Of a stretch of DNA of 64,000 nt, positions 43,763-53,013 are shown piece by piece. Source of the stretch: an uncultured Spirochaetales bacterium (GTDB lineage: Bacteria > Desulfobacterota_D > UBA1144). Location of the stretch: assembly GCA_964440275.1 (NCBI GenBank), contig CAYTRR010000004.1, positions 14,258 to 78,257 on the forward strand. The letters run 5' to 3'. A model generated the notes under the pieces. That model saw nothing but the letters and a program-made list of their open reading frames with translations. It was not told the DNA's origin and searched no databases. The translations under genes were made by a program, and so were the position numbers. Position 1 is the stretch's first letter; each line of letters begins with the position of its first letter.

Positions 43763-44764
43763 ATGAGAATTATAATCACAGGTGGATTAGGATTTATAGG
43801 ATGCCATTACATCCATTTCCTATTATCCAATAAAAACAATAAAAATTTGTCTATTTTGAATATTGACAAAATTACTTACGCTGCCAACAAGTCATTAATT
43901 GATGAGTTTGATAGATTTGATAATTATGAACTAAAGAAAGTTGATATAGCAGAAAGAGAGACGATTGATCAAATTTTAGAAACATTTCAACCAGATGCTA
44001 TAGTGCATTTTGCTGCTGAATCACATGTAGATAATTCCATAAAAAGCTCTGATGAATTTGTTAGGACAAATATTTTTGGTACTTATGTTCTTCTGGAATC
44101 TACTAGAAAATACCTCCATACAAGTAATACGGAGAGTACTTTTAGATTTTTGCATGTATCTACAGATGAAGTCTATGGGAGTTTGGATGTAAATGATGAG
44201 TCATCTTCAGAAGACTCCTCCTACAGGCCAAATTCCCCTTACTCAGCATCAAAAGCATCTTCAAATCATTTAGTTAGAGCCTGGCATAAAACATATGGCC
44301 TTCCTTGCATTACGACTAATTCATCAAACAACTATGGCCCTTATCAGAACAAAGAAAAATTTATACAAACTATAATTAGCAGCTATTTGTCTAACAAAAA
44401 AATACCCTTATATGGTAATGGAAAAAATATACGTGATTGGATTTTTGTAAAAGATAACGTTGAAGCAATTAATAATATCTTAATGAAAGGTGAAGTTGGT
44501 CAAGTATATAATATCGGGGGAGATAACGAGCTAAGCAATATTGATTTAATAGATTTTATATGTGAGACAATTAGAGAAATCTATCCGGAGAAGGAGCTTG
44601 GGAAAGATGATTATTATGAATTTGTTGAAGATAGACCAGGCCATGACTATAGATATTCGCTAAATTCTGAAAAATTAAAAAAAGAGATTAAATGGAGCAA
44701 AAAAAATAACTTTAAAGACTCCATCATTGAAACAATAAAATGGTATTCTGAGTATAAGAAATGA
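43763..44764 (+). CDS. rfbB: dTDP-glucose 4,6-dehydratase
   Basis: TGGLGFIG, HFAAESHVD, HVSTDEVYG, PYSASK, NNYGP, DRPGHD. Confidence 0.96.
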   Translation: MRIIITGGLGFIGCHYIHFLLSNKNNKNLSILNIDKITYAANKSLIDEFDRFDNYELKKVDIAERETIDQILETFQPDAIVHFAAESHVDNSIKSSDEFVRTNIFGTYVLLESTRKYLHTSNTESTFRFLHVSTDEVYGSLDVNDESSSEDSSYRPNSPYSASKASSNHLVRAWHKTYGLPCITTNSSNNYGPYQNKEKFIQTIISSYLSNKKIPLYGNGKNIRDWIFVKDNVEAINNILMKGEVGQVYNIGGDNELSNIDLIDFICETIREIYPEKELGKDDYYEFVEDRPGHDYRYSLNSEKLKKEIKWSKKNNFKDSIIETIKWYSEYKK

Positions 44765-45546
44765 AAGGGATAATTATGGCCGCTGGCCAAGGCACAAGAT
44801 TAAAACCAATCACAGATGTAATTAATAAACATCTCTTGCCTATTTATGACAAGCCTATGATTTTCTATCCATTGTCTGTATTAATGCTATGTAAAATAAA
44901 AGAAATAAATATTGTAGTTAATCCAGATCAAAAAAATAATTTTCATAAGCTTTTAGGAGATGGCTCGCAATATGGAATAAAAATTACCTATTCCATTCAA
45001 GACCAGCCTAATGGAATTGGTGAGGCTTTCTCGTTAAGTGAAGAATTTATTGGTGATGACTCATGTGCATTGATACTAGGTGATAATATTTTTTATAGAG
45101 ACTCTATGCAATCTTTCTTAAGTAAAGCCATAGAAAATTTGAATGGTGCAACTATTTTTGCTTACCACGTAAGTGACCCAGAAAGATTTGGTGTAGTAAG
45201 TTTCAATAGCGAAGATAAGCCAGTATCGATAGAAGAAAAACCAAAAAAACCATTATCTTCCTATGCTATACCTGGACTGTATTTTTATGACAATTCAATT
45301 AAAAAGATATACAAGAAAGTTAAACCTTCTTCACGAGGTGAAATTGAAATAACAGATATAAACAGAGAATATCTAAATATGAACAAATTAAATGTTGTAA
45401 AGCTTGGTAGAGGTGTGACATGGCTAGATGTTGGTCTTCCTGATAGCATAATAGAAGCTTCTTCATTTATTAGAACAATAGAAAAGAGACAGGGTTTAAA
45501 AATAGCGAATTTAGAAGAAATTGCTTCTTCGCTTGGTTATATATAA
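44761..45546 (+). CDS. rfbA: Glucose-1-phosphate thymidylyltransferase (short C-terminus)
   Basis: GQGTRL.P, KHLLPIYDKPMI, LGDN, EEKP, RGEIEITD, LGRG..WLD, IEKRQG. Confidence 0.93.
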   Translation: MKGIIMAAGQGTRLKPITDVINKHLLPIYDKPMIFYPLSVLMLCKIKEINIVVNPDQKNNFHKLLGDGSQYGIKITYSIQDQPNGIGEAFSLSEEFIGDDSCALILGDNIFYRDSMQSFLSKAIENLNGATIFAYHVSDPERFGVVSFNSEDKPVSIEEKPKKPLSSYAIPGLYFYDNSIKKIYKKVKPSSRGEIEITDINREYLNMNKLNVVKLGRGVTWLDVGLPDSIIEASSFIRTIEKRQGLKIANLEEIASSLGYI

Positions 45547-45547
45547 A

Positions 45548-46366
45548 TTATTTCTTATGAAATATTGAAACTTTCATATAAGGGAAAGGGACGCCTAGTA
45601 CATTAAAGATAAAACTATCTACTTTAAGATTGTAGAATATCTTACAAATTGATCCAATCATTCCATGTCTTTGTAAAAAATACTTATCCTCAGTGAGTCT
45701 TTTTAATAGCCTTTGAGGTATTTGATTGTCAAAGTTGAAATCAAAATCTTCTTGAATATATTTTTTTACATCTCTTGCTTTTATAAAATTTAATGTTTCC
45801 CAGTTTCCTGGCAAGTTCAAATCAACCTCGTATTTTCTTATTTTCTTTTCAAATATTTTGTAAGTTATATCTTTGTTGATCACAACAGGAATAATAGTAT
45901 GATTTTCGTAGGGTATATCATAGATTGGGCACATAATCACATTCGTACCACCATCTTTTAACAATGTCATCGTTTTGTCTATATAGCCTTTCCAGTCATC
46001 AACGTGCTCACATACATTTACTGAAAATATCAAATCAAATTTTGTATCATAATTAAAATCTTTTATCCACTCATTATGTACTTCGAGGTTTGTTAAAGAA
46101 TTGTAAATCTTTTCAAATTTATTGAAAGCTGACTGAAATGGTTCGACGCCAACAAACTTTTTATCTGGAAATGAGTTGCTTAGCTCATTCATCAACAAAC
46201 CGGGTCCTGATCCAACCTCAAGTATGTCTTTTACCTCAGGTCTATCAATAAACTCGTATATCTCACTAAAGCCAAAGAGCGCCTCTCTCAACAAATAAAC
46301 ATCAGCTATGCCACCTGTAAAAAGATGTGAGTATTTATTTTGTAATTTTTCGAAATCTAAATTCAT
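45548..46366 (-). CDS. Class I SAM-dependent methyltransferase
   Basis: LEVGSGPG, GVEP, FDLIFS.NVCEHV. Confidence 0.85.
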   Translation of the reverse strand: MNLDFEKLQNKYSHLFTGGIADVYLLREALFGFSEIYEFIDRPEVKDILEVGSGPGLLMNELSNSFPDKKFVGVEPFQSAFNKFEKIYNSLTNLEVHNEWIKDFNYDTKFDLIFSVNVCEHVDDWKGYIDKTMTLLKDGGTNVIMCPIYDIPYENHTIIPVVINKDITYKIFEKKIRKYEVDLNLPGNWETLNFIKARDVKKYIQEDFDFNFDNQIPQRLLKRLTEDKYFLQRHGMIGSICKIFYNLKVDSFIFNVLGVPFPYMKVSIFHKK

Positions 46367-46392
46367 TTATCTCTCATATTACTTTTAAAGAA

Positions 46393-47010
46393 TTAATATT
46401 TCAATATTTGATTAACAATATTTTTATAATTTGTTTCACGTAAGTTAGTTATTTTCATAACTCTCCCACCTGAACCTCTGGCTGCTTTAAGTCCTTCTTT
46501 TGAATCTTCAAGAATTAGAGCTTCTTTGCTTCTAATCTTAAATCTTTTTATTGCTTCTATATATATCATTGGATTAGGCTTTGGGGCACAATCTTCAGCA
46601 CATAAATAAAATTCTATTTCCTTAGTTAATCCTAATTTTCCTAGTACCTTTTCTACTGTTGCTCTCACACTATTTGAACAACAAGCTAGCTTGTATCCAT
46701 CTTTTTTGAGTTTTCTGAACAAATTTATTAATTTTTGACTTCTTTTTAGTCGTGAATTGATAATTCTTTTTGTATATTGTTGTTTTCTTTGATTTACAAC
46801 TTTTGCTTGATCCATACTAAAATCATGAGTTTTTGTAATAATTCTTAACTTCGATATCGTTGGCAAACTACCCAGCTTTTCAATATAGAAATTTTTTGAA
46901 ATAGAAATATCGAAATCTGATAAAGCTAAAATAAACGCTTCCTGATGCCATTTGTCTCCTGGTATTAAAACACCATCTATATCAAATATTATTGCTTTAA
47001 TTGAACTCAT
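46393..47010 (-). CDS. HAD-family phosphatase (beta-PGM/CbbY-like)
   Basis: FDIDGVL, CSNS, PKPNP, EDS..G..AA. Confidence 0.9.
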   Translation of the reverse strand: MSSIKAIIFDIDGVLIPGDKWHQEAFILALSDFDISISKNFYIEKLGSLPTISKLRIITKTHDFSMDQAKVVNQRKQQYTKRIINSRLKRSQKLINLFRKLKKDGYKLACCSNSVRATVEKVLGKLGLTKEIEFYLCAEDCAPKPNPMIYIEAIKRFKIRSKEALILEDSKEGLKAARGSGGRVMKITNLRETNYKNIVNQILKY

Positions 47011-47020
47011 GAGATTTTGT

Positions 47021-49036
47021 CTATATAGCCTCAGACATTTTGTATGACATAGATTTTAATACAAATAGTGATACTAATGCTTCTATATTTTTACCAAATT
47101 GGTAATTCTGGGACAGGATCTCATCATAATTAGGTACAGTCTCAATTAATATTCTTTGTGCATCATCAGAAGATATAGTAATTTCCTCCAAATTAATTAG
47201 AAGTTTAGATAAATCTTCACTGTAATCCCATTCTGTACTTGGAACTATTTCTTTAATCTTTTCTAATAAATCTTCAACATCCAGTGAAGAATCTATTTCT
47301 ACTTTTAGCGAGTCAATGGATTGAGTATTTGTACCATCATATGAAAAAACAATATCTGCATAATTTTTTTGTATAGAAATAAAATTTTTATAGTCCTCTG
47401 CCCTCTCCTCAATTTTTTTCTCTACAGAATCCGGTTTATAGTTTCTTTCTTTAGAGTCTCTATCAATCTTCCATTGATATTTCAAATGATCAGGAGTATC
47501 TAAAAATATAGTAAGATCCGACATGTTTCTAGTTTTAGGCAAGTAAAAAGAATGTAAGCCTGATATGAAAATAAAATCTTTGGGATTAATAGTTTTATTT
47601 GAGGTGAATTTACCAGTATCATGATCATACTCTCTTCTTTCTATAGGTTCTCCAAGTTTTAATTTTTTTAATGTTTCATTTTGAGCATATAAATAATTTG
47701 CCTTTGGATTTAAATGTGTAATGTTTTCCCAATTCGAATCATTTCTTTCCCATTTATGTTCAGCATCACCTTCTAGGTAAACTCCTGAAGATTGAATAAT
47801 ATTTTTAAAAACATTCATAAAGTATGTCTTACCTGATCCGCTATCACCTGAAATACAAATTAAAAAGTTTTGAGTCTTGTTATAAATCTTGTTACTTTTA
47901 ACACCTTCTGAATATATGACATACATCATTGACAACAAGGCTACTTCTAAAAAAGTGAAAATTATATCATTTAAAACTGGAACATTGATTTTAGTATTTA
48001 GGGGATTGTTTAAGAAAATAATGTCTACTATCTGATTATTGGAATGGAAGAAGATAAAATAAATTAAATACAATGAATTAAGTAAATAGAAAATGAGTGT
48101 GTATGCAGATTTTCTGGTAAAACTAATTGATGAATATTTAATTGCTATAACAGAAACAAAAGGCACTATCCACACATACCATCCAGGTCGTGGAGAGATT
48201 GTAAAAATGAGCAAAGCAAATGCAAGAGCTAGGTAGCTATCTAGAAGGTCAGAATTTATTTTCTGATAATAAGCAAATCTTACATATATTATCGAGAGTA
48301 AAAATAAAGTTATAAAGATGTTAAGCCCTTCTCCAAATGCTAAAGAAAGTGAGAAAAATAATGATTGTGGTTGGTTAAATAGCACCAAAGACTGGAAACC
48401 ATCAGAGTATATAAATGGGATGTTCATTATAAAATATATAAAAACGAATATAAATAAGTACGTAAGAGTTTCCTGAATTTTGTAATTCTTAAGGATATAA
48501 ATAAAAATAAGTGGTAAAACGACTAAGACATTTAGCTTGGTTGCACAAGCTAAGCCTATGAGAAGCGAGGAATATGTCAGTTCATGTTTCTTAATAAAGT
48601 AAATAGATCCAAAAAGAAGCATGATTGGAAATAGATCCAGTTGAGAATGAATGTAGCAAGCATAAAGAATTATAGGAGAGCAGAAATATAAAATAATTAT
48701 TTCTTTTCTTCTGTTGGGCAACAACTTATTTAAAAAATATAAAATTAATAAATCACTGACAAGTGTGGGAATTTTAAAAAATAGGTTTGATAAATAGTAG
48801 TTATCTATATTCATCAAATATGCAGGTAGATAAAAAATGCTGTATATATACAACATTAATGAATGATAAGGAAATTCAATATTAAGAGAGTTGTCTAAAA
48901 CATAAGTCCAAGGATTACTTAGTGTTTTAAGAAAAATCTCTATAAACGGAAGAAAAAAGGCCTCTTTATATTCCGAAGAAAATAAAGCTAGCAAGAGAAC
49001 CTTTATAAATACAATAGATAAAAGCAGTGGTCTCAT
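47021..49036 (-). CDS. Fusion of a GT-C-like membrane domain and a phosphoribulokinase/uridine kinase-like domain
   Basis: N-terminal ~380 aa multi-TM with FPY, SP....HSQLD, ATK, PGWYVWIVPF; C-terminal SGDSGSGKT, THLNPKAN, YDHDTGKF, GLH, WKIDRD..ER, QKNYAD. Confidence 0.8.
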   Translation of the reverse strand: MRPLLLSIVFIKVLLLALFSSEYKEAFFLPFIEIFLKTLSNPWTYVLDNSLNIEFPYHSLMLYIYSIFYLPAYLMNIDNYYLSNLFFKIPTLVSDLLILYFLNKLLPNRRKEIIILYFCSPIILYACYIHSQLDLFPIMLLFGSIYFIKKHELTYSSLLIGLACATKLNVLVVLPLIFIYILKNYKIQETLTYLFIFVFIYFIMNIPFIYSDGFQSLVLFNQPQSLFFSLSLAFGEGLNIFITLFLLSIIYVRFAYYQKINSDLLDSYLALAFALLIFTISPRPGWYVWIVPFVSVIAIKYSSISFTRKSAYTLIFYLLNSLYLIYFIFFHSNNQIVDIIFLNNPLNTKINVPVLNDIIFTFLEVALLSMMYVIYSEGVKSNKIYNKTQNFLICISGDSGSGKTYFMNVFKNIIQSSGVYLEGDAEHKWERNDSNWENITHLNPKANYLYAQNETLKKLKLGEPIERREYDHDTGKFTSNKTINPKDFIFISGLHSFYLPKTRNMSDLTIFLDTPDHLKYQWKIDRDSKERNYKPDSVEKKIEERAEDYKNFISIQKNYADIVFSYDGTNTQSIDSLKVEIDSSLDVEDLLEKIKEIVPSTEWDYSEDLSKLLINLEEITISSDDAQRILIETVPNYDEILSQNYQFGKNIEALVSLFVLKSMSYKMSEAI

Positions 49037-49094
49037 AATTTTAGATTTATTCTACTCATAAATACTGGATTGATAAAGTTTTTTTATACTTAAA

Positions 49095-49123
49095 TTGGAA
49101 AAGTGAATATTATTTGATATCAT
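49095..49123 (+). promoter_or_regulatory. Putative sigma70 promoter for the aldolase-NTase-GT2 operon
   Basis: TTGGAA (49095-49100)-N17-TATCAT (49118-49123) with extended TG; ATG 10 nt downstream. Confidence 0.4.
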
Positions 49124-49133
49124 CAGTCCTAAT

Positions 49134-50216
49134 ATGAATAAAAAGAAAAACTTAATTAGAGATTTGTCATACATATCGAAGCTTTATGGCTCTATGCCTG
49201 AGATTGTTCAGTCTGGGGGAGGAAATGTATCTGCAAAATCAAAAGATGTTATGTTGATTAAATCTTCTGGTATTGGACTTTCTGATGTTTCAAGTAGCCG
49301 AGAATTAGCAAAAATTAATTTAAAAGGCTTTTCAAAACTCTTCAATACTAAAATGCCAAGTAGTATTTTTAAAAATAGAATTGAGAGAAAAATATCTAAA
49401 AATACTCTTAACTTAAAAGTTCCTTCAATAGAAACATCCATGCATATTTTTTTAGATAATTATGTTCTACATACACATCCGACTTCTATCTTGTCTGTAG
49501 TTGCAAATAAAAACGCAAAAAAGAATCTTGGGTTAATATTTAAAGATTTTCATCACGTAGTAATAAAGTATAAAAATCCAGGGATATTGCTTGCGCAAGA
49601 AATATACAAACAAATAGAACTTTATGAAAAAAGTAATGGTATTAGGCCAAAAATAATTTTTTTACTTAACCATGGTCTTATAGTTCATTCTCATGATCCT
49701 AATGAGTTGATAATATTGCAAGAAACAGTACTAGATAGAGTAAATGCATTTTTAAAGATTTCAGATGATGGACGAGTTAATCAATTAACTTTATTTGCTT
49801 TAATAAATGGGCAATCAGAAAAAGATGAAATTAATATAGTTTTCAAATCCAATATCAACCTATCTAATTATGTAAAAAATAGGAAGAGACTTAAAACTAA
49901 CAAAAAAGTATCATTTTTTCCCGATAAAGTTGTATATTGTGATGATGAAATATTTGTTATAGAAAAAAAAGAAGATATGGTTAAGCTAATTAATCATTAT
50001 TTAAAAAATAAAGTTTTTCCAAGAATAATAATAATTAATGACACTATATATATATCAGCTAAGAATTTATCTAAAGCAAGAGAAGTCGAAGATGTCTTTA
50101 GAGCCCACTTAGAAATACTTCTAAGAAATCCAGAGAAGTCTCTTGTTGAACTAACAACAAAAGAGGTAAATTTTTTAAAAAATTGGGATGCTGAGGAATA
50201 TAGGAAAAAGATTTAA
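49134..50216 (+). CDS. Class II aldolase/adducin-family protein
   Basis: GGGNVSAK, KSSG, PSIETSMH, HTHP, LNHG (Zn ligands). Confidence 0.87.
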   Translation: MNKKKNLIRDLSYISKLYGSMPEIVQSGGGNVSAKSKDVMLIKSSGIGLSDVSSSRELAKINLKGFSKLFNTKMPSSIFKNRIERKISKNTLNLKVPSIETSMHIFLDNYVLHTHPTSILSVVANKNAKKNLGLIFKDFHHVVIKYKNPGILLAQEIYKQIELYEKSNGIRPKIIFLLNHGLIVHSHDPNELIILQETVLDRVNAFLKISDDGRVNQLTLFALINGQSEKDEINIVFKSNINLSNYVKNRKRLKTNKKVSFFPDKVVYCDDEIFVIEKKEDMVKLINHYLKNKVFPRIIIINDTIYISAKNLSKAREVEDVFRAHLEILLRNPEKSLVELTTKEVNFLKNWDAEEYRKKI

Positions 50217-51856
50217 TGCAAATTGTTGTTCCAATGTCAGGAATCGGTAAACGCTTTAGAGATGCGGGCTATACGACTCCGAAATATCTTATCGAGGTTG
50301 AGGGGAAAAAAATAATAGAACACATTATTTCGCTTTTTCCTGGTGAAGAAAACTTTATTTTTATTTGTAATCAAGAAGATGTAAATAAAACCAGCATAAA
50401 GGAAATATTAAAATTAAATGCTCCTAAGCATCAGCTAAAAATCATCAAATCTCATAAAAAAGGTCCAGTTTTTGCTGTTAAGCAAATATTTGATGAAATA
50501 AATGATGAAGATGAAGTCATAGTTAACTACTGTGACTTTGGCACATACTGGGACTATAATGATTTTCTTAAACATACTAGGGATAGAGATGCTGATGGTG
50601 CTGTAGTTGCTTATAAAGGTTTCCATCCTCACATGATCAAAAGCCCTAACTATGCTTTTATAAAAGATAAAAACCAATGGTTGCTTGACATTAAAGAAAA
50701 GGAACCCTTTACTGACAACAAGATGAATGAGTATGCATCAAATGGCACATATTATTTCAAAAGAGGTAAAGATATTAAAAAATATTTTGACCAATTAATG
50801 GATCAGGACTTAAATGTAAACGGAGAATATTATGTCAGCATGGTTTACAAACTAATGGCTGAAGACGCTCGTAAAGTCTCTGTATACAAGATACAACACA
50901 TGTTGCAATGGGGTACTCCTGAAGATTTAGAAGATTATCTCAAATGGTCCGAGATCTTTGCTGATTTAAACAAGACAAAACATTTCAACAAGATTGAAAA
51001 CTGCGTAAAGATAATTCCTGCTGCTGGTGAAGGTAAAAGATTCTATGATGAAAATTATGATTTACCTAAACCATTAATAGATGTTTCTGGCTATCCGATG
51101 GTCTTACAAGCATCCAAAAGCTTGCCGGAATGTGAGGAAAACTGTTTAATTCTAAGATCAGAACACATTAAAGATTACGAACTTAAAGAGTTTTATGATT
51201 TTGAAATAATAAAGCTAGACAAACTTACTGAAGGACAAGCAATAACATGCTCTATTGGCTTAGAGAAATATGATAGCAAAAAGTCCTGTTTGATAGCCTC
51301 TTGCGACAACATTATACTATTTGATCAATCAAAACTAGAATTTCTCTTACACGAAAAAAATGCTGACTGCATAGTATTTACTTCTAAACCAAACAATAAA
51401 GCATTGTCTAGTCCAGAAATGTTTGGATGGGTAAATAGTAGCGATAAAGGTGAGATCTTTGAAGTAAAAGTAAAAGAAGAATTATCTAGCAATCATGAAA
51501 AAGGATTAGTAATTTTAGGTATTTTTTATTTTAAAAATATTGAATTGTATTCCAAAATATTACAAGAACTCATAAAAAACAAAATTAAAGTTAATAACGA
51601 ATACTATATTGATTCAATGGCTTTATTTTTGGTTAACCAGAATATGAATATTTATAGTCTAGAGATAAATAATCATATTTCTTTAGGTACTCCGGATGAA
51701 TATAAAACATTTACATATTGGCAATCTTATTTCAATAAAAACACAAATCATCCTTACAAGTTTGAAAATGACATATTTTTCAATAAAAAAAAGAAAGATG
51801 AATTTTTAGATAGAGAGAAATCTTTCAAACAAGACCACATAGGTGTCATGGATTAA
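50216..51856 (+). CDS. Tandem two-domain sugar-phosphate nucleotidyltransferase-like protein
   Basis: Domain 1: PMSGIGKRF..GY..PK, NYCD, EKEP, NGEYYV, WGTPEDL. Domain 2: PAAGEGKRF..Y..PKPLI, TEGQA, SCD, NNEYYI, LGTPDEY. Confidence 0.85.
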   Translation: MQIVVPMSGIGKRFRDAGYTTPKYLIEVEGKKIIEHIISLFPGEENFIFICNQEDVNKTSIKEILKLNAPKHQLKIIKSHKKGPVFAVKQIFDEINDEDEVIVNYCDFGTYWDYNDFLKHTRDRDADGAVVAYKGFHPHMIKSPNYAFIKDKNQWLLDIKEKEPFTDNKMNEYASNGTYYFKRGKDIKKYFDQLMDQDLNVNGEYYVSMVYKLMAEDARKVSVYKIQHMLQWGTPEDLEDYLKWSEIFADLNKTKHFNKIENCVKIIPAAGEGKRFYDENYDLPKPLIDVSGYPMVLQASKSLPECEENCLILRSEHIKDYELKEFYDFEIIKLDKLTEGQAITCSIGLEKYDSKKSCLIASCDNIILFDQSKLEFLLHEKNADCIVFTSKPNNKALSSPEMFGWVNSSDKGEIFEVKVKEELSSNHEKGLVILGIFYFKNIELYSKILQELIKNKIKVNNEYYIDSMALFLVNQNMNIYSLEINNHISLGTPDEYKTFTYWQSYFNKNTNHPYKFENDIFFNKKKKDEFLDREKSFKQDHIGVMD

Positions 51857-51862
51857 CAAGTA

Positions 51863-52588
51863 ATGAGTAAACAAAACGAAAAGTACAAATTTTCTATTGT
51901 TGTGCCTTGTTACAACGAAGAGAAAAATATACCTATTCTTGTAGAGAGATTTAAAAATTTTATAGAAAATGAAAACATATTAATAGTATTAGTTAATAAT
52001 GGTTCTAGTGATGGATCTAAAGCTTTAATTGAAGACCTTGTGAAAACATATAATTTTTTAACTTTTGTTCATATAGAAAAGAATATTGGTTATGGCCATG
52101 GGATAATTACAGGCTTAAATGCTTGCGAAACTGATTTTATAGGGTGGACACATGCGGATTTGCAGTGCAAGCCTGAAGATGTAATTAAAGCAATAAAAAT
52201 GATAAAAGAAGCAAATTATTCTGAAGATGTTTATGTCAAAGGAAGAAGAAAAGGAAGGCCTTTGATGGACACATTCTTCACTGTGGGTATGAGCATGTTT
52301 GAAACTTTGTACTTTCGCAAAATACTTTATGATATCAATGCTCAGCCTAACATATTTAGTAGAAAGTTTTTTAAATCCTGGATGAATCCTCCAGAGGATT
52401 TCTCTCTTGATTTGTATTCATTGTACTTAGCCAAGATACAAAATATAAAGATTAGAAGATTTGATGTTACTTTTCCTCCTAGGATACATGGTGAATCAAA
52501 ATGGAATACCGGTTTCGAATCGAAAATAAAATTCATCAAAAGAACCCTCTTGTATAGTTTAAAATTAAAAAAAGAACTGAAGAAGTAA
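51863..52588 (+). CDS. GT2 glycosyltransferase, DPM-like with HAD in place of DxD
   Basis: VPCYNEE, NNGSSD, GYGHGI, GWTHADLQ, RIHGESKW. Confidence 0.87.
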   Translation: MSKQNEKYKFSIVVPCYNEEKNIPILVERFKNFIENENILIVLVNNGSSDGSKALIEDLVKTYNFLTFVHIEKNIGYGHGIITGLNACETDFIGWTHADLQCKPEDVIKAIKMIKEANYSEDVYVKGRRKGRPLMDTFFTVGMSMFETLYFRKILYDINAQPNIFSRKFFKSWMNPPEDFSLDLYSLYLAKIQNIKIRRFDVTFPPRIHGESKWNTGFESKIKFIKRTLLYSLKLKKELKK

Positions 52589-52963
52589 TCATTTTTTAAA
52601 AACCCAGAATTTCTGGCCTATAAAATTGACTATTGTCGAAGTTCCAGTAGCAAGCAGAAAAGCTATAAGTATTTTGTGATCAATAAAAGCAAAAGTTTCT
52701 AGAGACACCTGGTTAATGCTTACATTAAGGAAAAGTGTAAAAGTGTATAGCAAGGAGAACTTAATTAGTCTTGTCCTAAGTAAATCTGAAACAGCAAATG
52801 TTAACTTTCTGTTCATAAAAAAATTAAATAGTGCACCAGCAATAAATCCACATACTTTAGAAAGATTTATTGGTATAAAAGATAGTAGCAAGATATAAAC
52901 TAAGTAGTCTATTAAAACTCCGGTAGAGCCAATAATAAGAAAATATATAATTTGTTTATTCAT
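52589..52963 (-). CDS. GtrA-family lipid-linked monosaccharide flippase
   Basis: 124 aa, 4 TM, F..IG, NFFMNRKLTF, NFIGQKFWVF. Confidence 0.9.
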   Translation of the reverse strand: MNKQIIYFLIIGSTGVLIDYLVYILLLSFIPINLSKVCGFIAGALFNFFMNRKLTFAVSDLLRTRLIKFSLLYTFTLFLNVSINQVSLETFAFIDHKILIAFLLATGTSTIVNFIGQKFWVFKK

Positions 52964-53013
52964 CTCATCAAATCGTAAATAATTTTAGATAGTATAGACT
53001 AATCCATTATATT

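Noticed and set aside
42529-45546. Enterobacterial common antigen or rhamnose O-antigen cluster
   Set aside because: wecA/B/C/D/F/G, wzxE, wzyE and rfbC/D are not present in the window
46393-49036. PRK-like and CbbY-like genes as evidence of a Calvin cycle
   Set aside because: No RuBisCO or other cbb genes; the kinase is fused to a membrane glycosyltransferase-like domain in a glycan context
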